DNA of 64,000 nucleotides. Origin: Ptychomitrium polyphyllum. Its lineage: Eukaryota. The stretch covers positions 6,014,001-6,078,000 of the forward strand of contig OZ316775.1 of the NCBI GenBank assembly GCA_973851085.1, in the 5' to 3' direction. The position numbers and the translations under genes are program-made. The notes below the pieces were generated by a model. The model had not been told where the DNA came from, did not search any database, and saw nothing but the letters and a program-made list of their open reading frames with translations. Shown piece by piece: positions 50,135 to 62,800 of the stretch (position 1 is the first letter of the stretch; each line of letters starts with the position of its first letter).

Positions 50135-53100
50135 TTAGATGATGCACACAGTATAAGTGCTGCTGGAGGATGACTGCGATGGGATCTCACCACCTTTCTC
50201 TATTCAAATTGACGCTTGTAAGCTTACAGAGGCCCTTTCTATCATTGTTACTGTTTCAGTTAATAAAAATCACGGAATAAAAACAGGGGATTGTTGGCGC
50301 CAACAATTGCATTATCCAAGATTCATTAAAGATCGTACCGTAATTCATTAAAAAGATTTTTTAGCCATCAAGTTGACAGGCCACAGCTTTTCATATGAAT
50401 ACCTTATTTGTCAAACGGCTACTGTAGCATCACCAGATTCTAGTTAAGAATTCTGGAGTCTAAAACTGAATTTCAGCTACGTAAAGGAGGTCCTACAAAT
50501 CTGGAATCTGGACAGTACAAGTTCTATTCCTGCTTTCCAACCAACTACTTCTGTGCTCATGATCGTTGTCCATGTTTAGTAGTGCGAAGCATCCATCTCT
50601 AGACAATCAGGATATATATAATCGGCACTCGCCACCACCATTCAAGTAGAACCGACAACGTGGTTTACAGGTATTTGAATCCCAACCGTAACATCGATGT
50701 TCACCACATCGAACAGAGTCTACCCTTCTCCTGCTTGAAAGTTCATCAAACATCTCTCCGATATTTGGAGGTATATGGTGAGGTCAGCGATCACCAAAGT
50801 CTGTAGTCAGATACCGGAAGCAGGGCCTTGCAAAGTACTGTACAATATGCGATTCACAGCGTGCACAACAGATAAAGGATGCTATGAGCTTCCTTGCACT
50901 AGCAAGATGCCGCAGTCACATCACGTGGTGACACCATGGAAGCCTTTCTCTTCTGAAATACGACTCTCTGTAACATAGTGTCCACCCACGTGTGAATTGT
51001 GATCCAGCCTTCACGAATTGGCACAGCGTATGAGATGCACGATGAGTATAGAAACTAATAAGCCCAAACATGTGTGAGCTCTTGAGTGATGGTGTCCTGA
51101 CGTCCTAAGTTTTTAGCAACAGCCTGCAGATCAAGTGAATAAAGGGTCACGTCTTCTAGCAAGCACACGATCAGTCGGAGAAGTGACATGGAGGCGCATG
51201 AGCTGCTCTCTGCAGGAGGTCCCATTATCATGACATCGTCATTTTTGTAATAGTATACCTGATGCTGCAATAGAGGAAGCTGCCGCCAGGGCCTTCTACC
51301 TGATCCAGTGATAGGTAACCTTCCTGCCCTTGCAGCCGGTAACCTGCCTCACCGAGTGTTGCAAAATCTTGCATGGGAGCCTCTGAAATGTATCTCTGCA
51401 TGGGTAAGTATCTCTCATTTAGTCCACATTGGCCTCGTTGTATGACTCAAAGATAGCAGGTTCGAATGAATTCATTGCTTGTGTGCTGAAAAATATAGAG
51501 TATAATTCCATACTCTCAAAAAGTGTCAAAATTGAGCCACAACTTCTTTCTTTCTGAGAAGGGATTCAGATGGACTGGTATGTCTTGCTAGAACTTACCA
51601 ATTTGTGGATTTTCTTTCGGGTTGTAAGTTAGTCTTTATATCGACAGTCTTCATATCAGGGTTGTCATATGTGAATCTTTGGCATACTCGGAGAAGAGCG
51701 AACTTGAAATTGGGAACATTTCACGCCCACAGATCGGTTTGAGGTAATTGTAATTGATTTCGCTGCCTGGTTGAAAGACTTGATGCTTCCAACGTTAATG
51801 CTCACTTCGCACAATCGCGAAACAACAGCTGATCAGTAGTTTTATGCTAGGTTTGAACATGTGACAATTTGGGTGCCTTTGACAGGGTCTGTACCCACCA
51901 TCATCGTTTCAACTGCAGCAATTGCCAAGGAGCCATCTCAACAACACGATGGAAACTTCTTGGACAGGCTAAAAATTGATGGCTCACCAAATCCTTACCA
52001 ACAAACAACAGAACGTGATCTCCTCCAGAGGACCTCACTAGCGCCAGCTGCAAAAATTATACATCTGAGCTACTTACTAGCAGGCGTCAAGCATCCGATC
52101 AAGGAATCAGAACAGACAAGATCAAGGCGAGTGTCAAGACGATCATTGTCAACTTCGAGCAAGGTAAGCCCATCAACATCACAGACTAGCCGATGGGGTT
52201 AATTGCAACAATAAGACTCAAATGCTGGCAAACAAAAGGTTCACTGACTCCACGAACGAAACGGGGAAACTTGAGTTAATTTATTACTTCAGAAATTATT
52301 GACTTCTTTGCAAAACTTCAACTCTCATACAAAATGGTCGCGCCTGCAAGGTGCTTTGGAAACGGAAACAATAACTTAAATGAGAAAGGAGGAATTCCAG
52401 TTCATGATCCGCAGCGGCTTCGACTTGGTCGGTGCCTTCAAAATCAACGATTACCCTCATGTGTAGGCTTCATCTCCAAATTGCAAGGTTGGGAAACAAA
52501 GTTTGGTATAATTCTAGTCCTCATGCACGACATCATGAAAAGGATTTTCGAATTTCAGAAGCACAAGCAAAAAGCCACAGAAAGAGCCGACGACGCGATC
52601 CATGTCCCAGCTTTTGTACATGTGCATCTGCAGGAGCCATTTACAACATCACCCTCGTAGTAATGGCAAGATTCCTCAAAACCTGAATCCTAATCCTTAA
52701 ATCCTAACCTACAAGATTGAAAAGCTTGATTGACAGTAAAATTGGAATTCCAAAGAATAGAGGTCAAACTTTAGTGGGTTCGTACTTGTGGTGAAATCCT
52801 ATACCATAAATACAAAACTTTAGTTTAGAAGAAGAGTATTGTTTGTGCAACAAACTTGTTAAATCCAATTCCACCACGATTCTAAATTGCACTATGGCAC
52901 TGTTTCAATCAAAGTTGATTCTTTGATGACCAGATACTCAAGATCAAACCAAGTTGAATCTTTCAACACCATCTATTGCAAACCTTATCTATTTCTTGAC
53001 TTGTTTGAATGATGATTAATAAGATTATTGACAAGTAGTCTCTACAATACTAAAAGAGATGAAAATCCCAAGTTGTTCAGAACGTGTAGGAGTACCTAGC

Positions 53101-53149
53101 AGTCTTGCACAAACCTTAACAGGAGATATTCTTTTTAGCTCTCTTTAAT

Positions 53150-54018
53150 ATGGGACAAAGATAGAGGTAGCTACCAAGTGGCTAGATTCCTTTGGAAGGA
53201 TGGCTTATTATTTCATGTTGGCCAAATGGACTAGGTGCATAGTCCTGAAGTGAGATTAAAGAGCCTCATTGGTGCAACAAGTGCATAAAGAGCTTGGTCA
53301 TCTTGGAGTGTGCAAGTTATATTTTATATTGAGCAATCAATATTGATGAATGTGAATCAATAAGTTGTCACATATGATTGTCATTGTAAACTGTGTGATC
53401 AAGTTATGTCAACTTTTAACACCTTCTTGCTTCAAGTGAGATCTTTGTCATTCATGAATCAAGGCTATAGTTGGTTTTTGAACTTTGTTGGACTATTTGA
53501 AATTATGGCATGTGGAATTAAGTACGTATTGGTCATGGTAGAATAGTATAGGTAGTATATTGAGTTTGTAGCTCTACATTAAAAATCTTTAGAATTGATG
53601 GCTATAGCTTTATTTGATTTATATTTTGATATATTTTGGATCACTTATTGAGGTGTTAACAGATCAAGGAAGGAAGTTCTTTAGCTCTTTTGAAGAATTG
53701 TGCATTAAGGCCTTAATAAATAATTTCACCATCATTAAAGATCATTCTAAGGTGAATGGCTTAATTGAGCAAGACATTTGGGCAGTTAAGATTAGTTTAT
53801 AGAAGTATAGATTGCTTAATGGAAACCTTTGTCATTAGAGCATCTTATTGTATAGTATTTCAATGGGCTACTATCTTAACAAACTTGCATCTTTAGCATC
53901 TTTTAGCTCCTATTTTTTGTTTAATAGACAAGAGCCAATATAACCCAGTTCAATACAAGAAAAATTGGCTTCAATAGTAGACTTGGATGATTGTAATGTT
54001 GGAGCTCAATGTCTACAT
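53150..54018 (+). mobile_element. Old degenerate Ty3/gypsy integrase relic (left part of the host element)
   Basis: HKELGHLGV (zinc-binding region), LNFVGL, EVLTDQGRKF and DHSKVNGLIEQ integrase-core motifs, with many stops. It is cut at 54018 by the chromovirus insertion. Confidence 0.75.
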
Positions 54019-54688
54019 TGTTAGGGACATAAGAAACAAGAAGCAGAAACAAAATGTTTCCCAAGAATTAGCTTCCAAAGAGCTAATGATTAACAAGAAC
54101 TTAATACAAAGACTAGAACAAGGCAGGATTCAAGATGATCCACAACTTGTATTGGCAAGACTAAGGAATACCTTGTCTTGCCTCCTATTTATACTATGAC
54201 GAAGAATTAGCTTCGAAAGAGCTAATGATTAACAAGAACTTGACACAATGACTGAAACAAGGCAGGATTCAAGATGATTCACAACTAAGACTAAGAAATA
54301 CCTTGTCTTTCCTCCTATTTAAACTATGACATTTGTATCTCCGAGGATACTTCTAAAGAAGCTTCCTACAAGGCTTAAGAAAGTTCTAGAAGTCTAGGGA
54401 ACCTTCCCAAGAAGTCTCCTAAGATGTTGGAACCTTCTTAAGAGTCTTCCAAGGAGTTTGAACCTTCCTTGGAAGTTTCCTAAGAAAGCGGAACCTTCTT
54501 AGGAAGTTTCCTAAGATGATGGAACCTTCCTCGGAAGTTTCCTATGATGGAGGAACTTTCCTAGAAAGCTTTCTAAGAACCTGGAAAGACTATGGAGATA
54601 TCTAAAAGTATTCTAAGAAGCTATTATAGTATACTAGAAGGTTCTAAAATGTTCTAAGGACTATGTTGCATGATCTTTGTCCGTGACA
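54019..54688 (-). repeat. 3' LTR of the chromovirus, with an internal ~135-bp tandem duplication and ~30-bp GGAACCTTC..AAG repeats
   Basis: TGTTAGGGAC...GTCCGTGACA termini. The block aagaattagcttc...ctatgac is repeated at ~54063 and ~54202. Confidence 0.85.
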
Positions 54689-55345
54689 TCACTTCCCCAT
54701 TTACCGACGAGTCCCATGAGGAGCTCTTTTCTTGGCTTACTTATCACATTTCTACAAATTCCAAAATTTGTCGAAGAAGTGAAGCAACATACTTTACTTA
54801 TTGTTCTTTGTTTACTGGTTCAACTGGTCCTTCCAAGAAGCGCCGATGGCCACCAGCCAAGACTTCTGTTGTTGAAATGTCCCATCCCAAGATCTGATCT
54901 TGATTAAGTCCTTCAAAACATCCTCTAAACAAGATTTCGGGTCCTCCAGGAGTGACTCTCCTAATTTCTAACAAGATGACTAAAACACAAGCATCTGAAT
55001 CAAGACTAGAATGTGAAGGGCAACTAGTTAATACTTCTGCACGAGGTCGTACTTGACGTTTGGATGTCCCTCCCATATCTTGACTTAGATCCTCCGTTAC
55101 CGAGGGCTGAGAAAGTTGAATTGGCTCAACAGATGCTGTTGTTGATGAAGGCATGGCCGACTACTCTTCACGCATATCCATGATAATACGAAGATTTGAC
55201 ATACTGGTTAGGATCTGGAAATGATCTATCTTGGAAATAATGCTGTATACAATTGGAGATTTGGATATCTCTCCTCCTTTCTTATACTTGTCTATGAAGA
55301 AAAAACTTCTCTATGAAGCTAACAGTTGCTGATGACACATTATCA

Positions 55346-57863
55346 CTAACCTGGTTTCTGAGGATATCTTTGATGAAATTCGCGTACCTTCTCGGATGCA
55401 TTTGTTACATTCGTTGAAGGTTCCCATGTTTGGTCATTGATGCCATATCCTTGCCAATGTATAAGGTACTTCATACGTCCGTTCTTTATGCGTGAATCTA
55501 AGATCTCTTCCACTTCATATTCAATTTCATTATTGATTTCCAGCGGAGGAGGCGGAGAGACAATTCTCTTTGGTATACATGATTTGTTATAGGTTTCCAA
55601 CAACGATACGTGGAATACTAGATGAATTTGCATGCTTGGTGGTAGCTTTAGGCGATAACTAACCGGATTTATTTGTTTGCTGATTTCAAACGATTCCAGC
55701 CTTTGATAGTCCAACTTCTTTGATGGTCTTTTTGTCTATATATTTCGTCGTAGAAGCCATACGCTATCTCCAACCTTGAACTTTGGATGGTCCTTCCAAT
55801 GGCAATCTGCATAAGTTTTGAAACGATCTTGAGCTTGTTGTAACTGAAAGGTAATTTCTTGATGGATTTTAGCAAGTTAAATTGCAAAATCCTCTGCTGC
55901 AAGGCTTCCAACATGCTTCGCTTGAAATGGACCTGTTCGAGGATGATGCCCATAGTTTGCAAAGAATGAACTTTGATTTGTTGAAGAATGCACCGTATTG
56001 ATGTAAGCAAATTCTGTCAAAGGCAAGAGATCCATCCAATTGTCTTGCTGGTAGTTTATGCTACAACAAAGGTACTGTTCCAAAATTTGATTTACACGTT
56101 CGATTTGGCCATCAGTTTGTGGATGGTATGCTGAAGAAAGATTGATCTTTACACGCAACAGCTGGAATAGAGCCTTCCAAAAGTTGGAAATGAACTACGG
56201 CCCTCGATCGGATACAATATTATTTGGTAGTCCATGTATACGGTAGACGTGATTTAGGAACAACTTGGCAGTTTCTTCTCCTGTTACCGTCTTGTTGCAT
56301 AGAATAAATGTGCCATTTTGGTAAATCAATCTACTACTACCAAAATAGAATCTTTAGATTCAGAATTTGGAAGGTCCGTAATAAAATCCATTGATAAAGA
56401 CAACCATAGGCCTTTTGGCATTGGAAGCGGATGGAAAAGATCATGAGGTTGGTGTCTTGGTACCTTGGCTTTTGCACAAGTGTCGCATGCTCGAAAAAGG
56501 TCCTTTATGTACTTCCACATTTATGGCCACCAATAGTCTCTAGCAATCAACTCCATTGTTTTATTGAATCCAAAATGTCCTGCTGCTAGAAAATCATGAC
56601 GTGCTTGAAGGATCTTCAACTGCAAAGGGCTTGGAGGTAGGTACAAAAGTCCTTTATAATAAAGGAGGCCCTTTTGGAATTCAAAATCCTCATCGTTATT
56701 TGAAGGATTTCCATTGTCTTTGAGGCGCTACTTTATATTTGAAACAAAGACGTCATTCTTTAAAGCCTTCCGAATTTTGTCAAAATGGGATGTTTTTGTA
56801 ATAATGGCTGCTTTCAATTGAAGATTCTCAGGCTTCAATAAAATAGTCCTTTGTTGATTCAAAACATCATCTCCAGGTTGAGAAGCTAAATAAGATCTTT
56901 GAGATAAGGCATCTCGCTTACCTTGCAAGCTACCAGATCAATAGGTAATGACAAAGTTAAATCTAGAAAGCAACATACTCCACCTTGCTTGACGGCAATT
57001 CAAAACACTCGCACTTATGAAATACTCCAAGTTCTTGGAGTCTGTGTATATCGTAATGGTATGTTGAGCTCCTTCCAATAAGTATCGCCATTCTTCAAAC
57101 GCATCCACAATTGCAAATAGTTCTTTATCATGTATATCATAATTGATCTCTGCCGTTGACAACTTCCTTGAACGAAAGGCAAGAGGGTGAAGTCTCCTGT
57201 CTTCATTATATTGTGAGAATGTTGAGCCAATCGCAAAATCTGAGGCATCCGCTTCCAAATAAAAAGGCTTTGATGGATTTGGATGAATAAGAATTAGAAC
57301 TGATGTGAATGACTTCTTAAGACTTTGAAATGTTTTTTTTGCTTCTTCATCCCAAATGAATTTTTGCTTCCCCGTAAGACGTGTTAATAGTGCCGCAATC
57401 TTGGAATAATTCCTAATGAATATCCTATAGAAGTTTGCAGATTCCAAGAAGCATTGAACATCCCAAATTGATCTTGGCGTACTCCACTCCATGATAGTGC
57501 TTATTTTTTTGTTATCCATATGGATTCCTCCTTTGGAAATGATGTAGTCTAAAATTCAACCAATGATTCATGGAAAAGGCACTTCTCCAATTTGACATAT
57601 AATCCTCGCTGGTGTAATTTTTCTAAGACCAGCCGCACATGACATTTGTGGTTTTGTTTGTCCTTTGAATATATCAAAGTATCATCTAAGTAGATGACTA
57701 TAAAATCATCTAGATGTTCATGAAAGATAACATTCATCATATGTTGAAAGAGTGCGAGAGCATTAGTAAGGCCAAAAGGCATGACATTGTATTCAAAATG
57801 ACCATACCTAGATCAAAAAGCTGTCTTCCATTTGTCTCTTTCTTTGATGCGTACAAGATTGTA
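55346..57863 (-). pseudogene. Disrupted pol of the chromovirus: RT (partial), RNase H, integrase, chromodomain
   Basis: YNLVRIK..., MPFGLTNA, IVIYLDDTLIYS, EADASDFAIG, NYDIHDKEL, GHFG, LSMDFITDLP, SAYHPQTDGQ.ERVNQ, VFHVSLL and chromodomain EYEVEEILDSR..YLIHWQGY....TWEP. Multiple stops and frameshifts. Confidence 0.93.
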
Positions 57864-59312
57864 TGTCGTGCACCTCTCCTGGAGGAGTGCCCGCAACACT
57901 AACGGCACCCCGGGGGACTCCGGAGTGACGTCCGAGACTTGTGGCACCGATAGTGAGAGGAACCAAGTGGACCTAGCGTAGGAAGGACCCTAAGAAACAT
58001 CCTTGCCCATGTAGACCAAGGGCCATGAGGGATAAATCGTGGACATTGGAGGAATCACAAAGAGCTGATTCTAGAATGCTAAAGATTGCTCAAATCGGAC
58101 AAGGGAGCTAAAAGTTATGGCATCTCAAAGTTGGGGTTGCCAAGGGGCTATTGTGGACTGTGGCAGCCCTACACAGTGTCGCGCACCTCTCCTTGAGGAG
58201 TGCCCGCAACACTAAGGGCATAAGAGGGACCCCGGAGTGACGTCCGGGACTTGTGGCACCGATAGTGAGGGGACCCGAGTAGGCCTAGCGTGGAAAGAAT
58301 TTTTACGGGAAGAAACATCCTTGCCGATGTAGACCAAGGGCCACAAAGGATAAATTGTGGGCATTAGAAGAATCACGAAGAGCTAATTCTAGAATGCTAA
58401 AGATTGCCCAAATCGGACAAGGGAGCTAAAAGTTATGGTAACTCAAAGTTGGGGTTGCCAAAGGGCTGTTCTGGACTGTGGCAGCCCCACACAGTGACTG
58501 TACTGGACTGGGAGTCCCGAACCTTGGGAGTCTCGAACCTTGGGAGAGGCGTATCTCCCACAATACTAACTTCATTTGGACGCTTGAGGAGTCTATCAGC
58601 ATCTACGCAAAGAGTAGATGTCGATAAATTAGTCTCTTGATACATTCAAGCACCGGATGAGGAAGATATGGCTCCCTGAAGGTCCTTTGGAAATCTCGGA
58701 GGCTTTCAGCGGCTAAGTCCTAAGGCACATCGGGTGGTCTTCCAAAACTTTATGTGTGTCGGGGTTCAGCCAGCTACAGAGAGCTAGGGAGCCTGCCAAA
58801 TCCCACAGAGAGTACTATAAGGGAGGGTTGGTCCCCCTTTCCACTCTTCTAGTGTCCCGGTAGAGACCAAGGGTGAGTCCCGGTTGGTGGAGCTAGTGTT
58901 GGGGCTTCACCACAGGGACTCCCACACCATTGTGAGCTAGTGGACGGCCGGTTTCACGGAGGGAACTAGCACATTCAAAAAGGTACGCTTGTTACCATTA
59001 AGTTGGGGTGGTGTCTTCACGCCGGCATCATGATGGCCCGGGGTGATCTTAGAATCACATGGGAATCATGAGTGGTGGTGAGGAGATACCACTAAGTGCG
59101 GTTAAGCCATGTGGAATGGGAGTAACACCAAGTGAGGCCTTGGACATGAATGGAAGTCCGCACCTAACCATTGGCTACTAATAAATTGGGTGTCCTAAGA
59201 GAAATGGTAGAAAGACTTGGAAAGTGAGAATGGGGGTTAACCATGTGCATGTGGAGGTGTACAGGGTTGACGCGCGTGACGCTTGCTAAGGTGCATTACA
59301 AGGGTTGCGACA
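57864..59312 (+). mobile_element. Unrelated LTR sequence: truncated copy (57864-58176) directly followed by an apparently complete ~1.1-kb solo LTR (58177-59312)
   Basis: Termini TGTCGC(G/T)CACC ... GGTTGCGACA form a short terminal inverted repeat. The first ~313 bp are duplicated with some divergence. TATA-like tactataag at ~58814. No coding capacity seen. Orientation is tentative. Confidence 0.7.
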
Positions 59313-59370
59313 ATACTAGAAGGTTCTAGAATGTTCTAAGGAATATGTTGCATGATCTATGTCCGTGACA

Positions 59371-59880
59371 TACATGATAAAAGAAAGGTCTTTAAAGGAG
59401 CCATGCCAATGGCTATGAAAGACTTATATATTACTCAACATTGTAATATTATGCATCATGTTCCTATTTGTACCGGTAAATACTGGTCTTAATTGCAGAG
59501 TTTCTCCAAGATAGATTACATTTATTTGCAATTTGAGGTGACTATTATTCTTAATGTTAAAATAAGGTGCACAATATTTTGTGCAAAGGATGTATTGTTT
59601 AATAGTATCTTATTGCTCAAAAGGTAAGAATGGGCAAAAGTGTCAGGAGCATTCTAAAAATTCAAGTCCATGCCATCTTCTTATTAATGGAAATGTGAAT
59701 CCTAAGCAAACAATTGTACCAACTCGACTTTTGTATTTTTTGTGTAGTAAAAAGATAGAAATTACTAACATGCTACAAAATGTAATTAGAACTAAAGTAA
59801 TTAACACAAGGCATATTTGACACCATTTTTTTCAACTTTAACTTGTAGATATTGGCTTTGTTGTCATTGTATTAGGACTT
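59371..59880 (+). mobile_element. Right part of the old gypsy host element: integrase C-terminus and decayed PHD-finger-like region
   Basis: Continues after the TSD with AMPMAMKDLYITQH. At 59745-59877 shifted frames give C..K..TNML / CN*N*SN*HKAYLTPF / STLTCRYWLCCHCIR. Confidence 0.6.
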
Positions 59881-62800
59881 CTAGCCATGTTGCATCTAAT
59901 GACAATTACTAAGGATTTTGTGAGAATTTGCCATACTTTGGTAATTAGTGGGATATTTGTTTGGTAACCACTAATTTCATGTTTAAGATTTGAACTTTGT
60001 ATGAAATTAAAAATGAAATTTGACACCAATAATTGTTGAAGGCAATTAAAGATGGGGCTCACATTGCACCCAACCTACAATTCTCTTAGTCACTTTTTAC
60101 TTAGTCTTATTGGCTTATTGATTGCTAAGAAATCACTACATCATTTATCTTTAATTACATGCAATTCTCATCTTAGTTCTTTGGAGGGCTCCATAATCAC
60201 CTCAAGGAAACACTTGAAGGCCTATTTGTGAAGTTTTCTTATTTGATTCTATTTACTTCAAATTCAATGATGATTGTGGTATCCAAACTGTTATGTATAA
60301 TGATCTTTATTAACACAACACGTTGGTTGGAAGCTCACAAGTTGTGGATGAAGCTGACCTACTCAACCTGCCACACCTCTAATAAATAAAAACCTTCTAT
60401 CTTCACCCTCCAGTGGCTCTCAACATGCTGCACAAGTATCATCCTAGGATTTGAGTTCCTGGGTTACAAATTCCCCAAACAGACAAGACTAATTGTCAAC
60501 TAGTTTGTACTTCAACGTGACTCTAGGCTTTATGAATACCACCTTAACTTCAAATTGGAATAGCTTCTGCTTCAGTCCAAACTGAACTATCTCTTGGAAT
60601 TTGAGATTTATGAACTCATGTCATTCTTGATGGGGTCATATATGTGCCAAATGTTCCATCTCTGGAACATGGTGTAGTCCACGCTGATGCATACCATGCA
60701 TTGCGTTGGGTGGCATTGCTGGCAGGGTTTGGCACAGTAGAGTTGACAGAAGTGTTTGAGTTGGCAGTGAGCATGTAGGATCTCAAGCACTTCTAATATT
60801 TTCTTGTAAATATTGGAATAAGTAAGTTGACATGAAGTTATGACTTCTTTTTTTATAAAGTGTTAATATTGAGTTCCAAATCTCATTGCCACATACTGTT
60901 CAACAGTAGAATTATTCATTTTATCTGAAAGTTAAATATTTGTACTGTGTAGGAATGAAGTTTTTCCAACCCTACCTGGTGACATGATATGCAATTATGA
61001 TTTGGAAAATAGGACATTACCCTTGAGGTGGACATTGACTGCATTCCTTCCTTCTGTCTCACAAAGGAACCTACATTTCTGCAGAAGGCATGACAATCAC
61101 ATCATGTGTTCATCATCTCTGGTATAGTAATCAATTTCCATGACATGAACAACCTACATCTAGCATATGACATTATTTGTGTATTTGTCTTTTTTGTCCA
61201 AGACACACATCATGTACAAGGCTATTGGTATCATTGTTACAATTTCTTGTTAGTACAGAGGATATTTTATCCAGCATTGGATAGTCTTCAAGTTACCCAG
61301 GGCAGCTACTTCTTCTTTATTTGTGTGGAGGTGCCTTGCATTGGAAAACTTTATTGTGGTCATGGCAATGGGCCTCAACCTACAAAGAAAATGGAATGAA
61401 AGTGAAATGAACTTTCTAAACAGCAGGTTTTTGTGGCCACACTAGTGCATGTTACTTGCTTAATGGGGCTGGTTGTGTCATTTTGATCTCACAGGATTAT
61501 TCCTTACAGTTTGTGAGGCACACAATGAGCTCACAGCATCAACTTGTCCATCTATTCTGCTTACCTACAATAACTAAATGACAAATAGAAATTCAGAGCA
61601 CAGTAAAAACTCCAAAATGCTGTACAAATGTTCAGTTTTGCTTTTTTAATTTACATTCTATACAAATAGAATAATATTCTATTGTTATGTGAAACTACAA
61701 TTAAGCAGTTTCATGATGTACCATAATTTTCATTAAGTTCCTTGTTACTGCAGACATTCTGCTGATTCTACCACTTGAAATGGATCAAAATAAGGACTTC
61801 AAATCAAGATATCAGCTTGTGAACAAAGGCTTGTTGCCCTTTAAACATGTAGGTGCTTCAAATGGAGACTCAGGAGTCTAGCTCTTAAAGGCTTGGTTAA
61901 ATATAAATTATTCCACTATATTTCCATTTATAGGTACTAAATTATGTATTTGAATCTGAAGTAACCTCTATCAAAATTCTTCTTCTAACTATAAGACTTT
62001 ATAAATCTTTTATTGTAGCAAATTTAAACATGAAGCTGTAGCTTCATATCATGTTCAAGTTCAAACTCAGGTACCATTTCAGTATGCTATAATTACAATA
62101 TGAGAGAACTTTGATCTGCAAACAAATATCAATTGAGTTAATGTTATAGTTGTAGTACCCTCCCTATTTCAGAACTCATATCACTAATAATCATTTTAAA
62201 ATATTGAATTATATACATCTTCTTAAATTTATTATTTTTGACATAAAATAATCCAAACTATTTTTAGGTACCCATCAACATTTAGAATTGTAGAGCTATG
62301 ATGTGTAAGTCAACTATCCTTAAATTACCACCTCTTTTGTAACTTCATTGAAAATTTTCCTATAGACACCAATTTTGAGATTCAAAATTAGTACAACTTG
62401 TAAATATTATTTGCAAGGGAATAATAAACAAATGATACAATTTTTAAACATTGGAGGAAGTAAATGATGGTTTAGGCTCTCATCTTGATTAGAAATTAAT
62501 ATTACACAATTTGGATATTTGGAAATATATGTAATAATATTAAACTACAAAGTATTTGTCATTTTCAATACATTTATTAATTATAAAGTTAAAATTAAAG
62601 TTGTGACAACCTTATAATCTAATGGATTTTTTTAATACAAAGAAAATACTTTCCAAAAATAAACTTGCTAAAAAAATTTCAAATTGCTAAAGTTAGTGGT
62701 TATATGATAGTCAATCTTGGTAATTGATAACATTCAATTTAGAAGTGATACATACCATAGATTCCTTGAACCACCATTTACTTTCATTTGCAACACATAG

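Larger units (their letters stand above)
54019..59370 (-). mobile_element. Chromovirus-type Ty3/gypsy LTR retrotransposon, internally deleted, with 5-bp TSD TACAT
   Basis: TACAT at 54014-54018 and 59371-59375 flanks TG...CA ends. Full LTR at 54019-54688 with an adjacent purine tract (minus GGGGAAGTGA). Only ~58 bp of the other LTR remains (59313-59370, matching 54631-54688). Confidence 0.88.
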
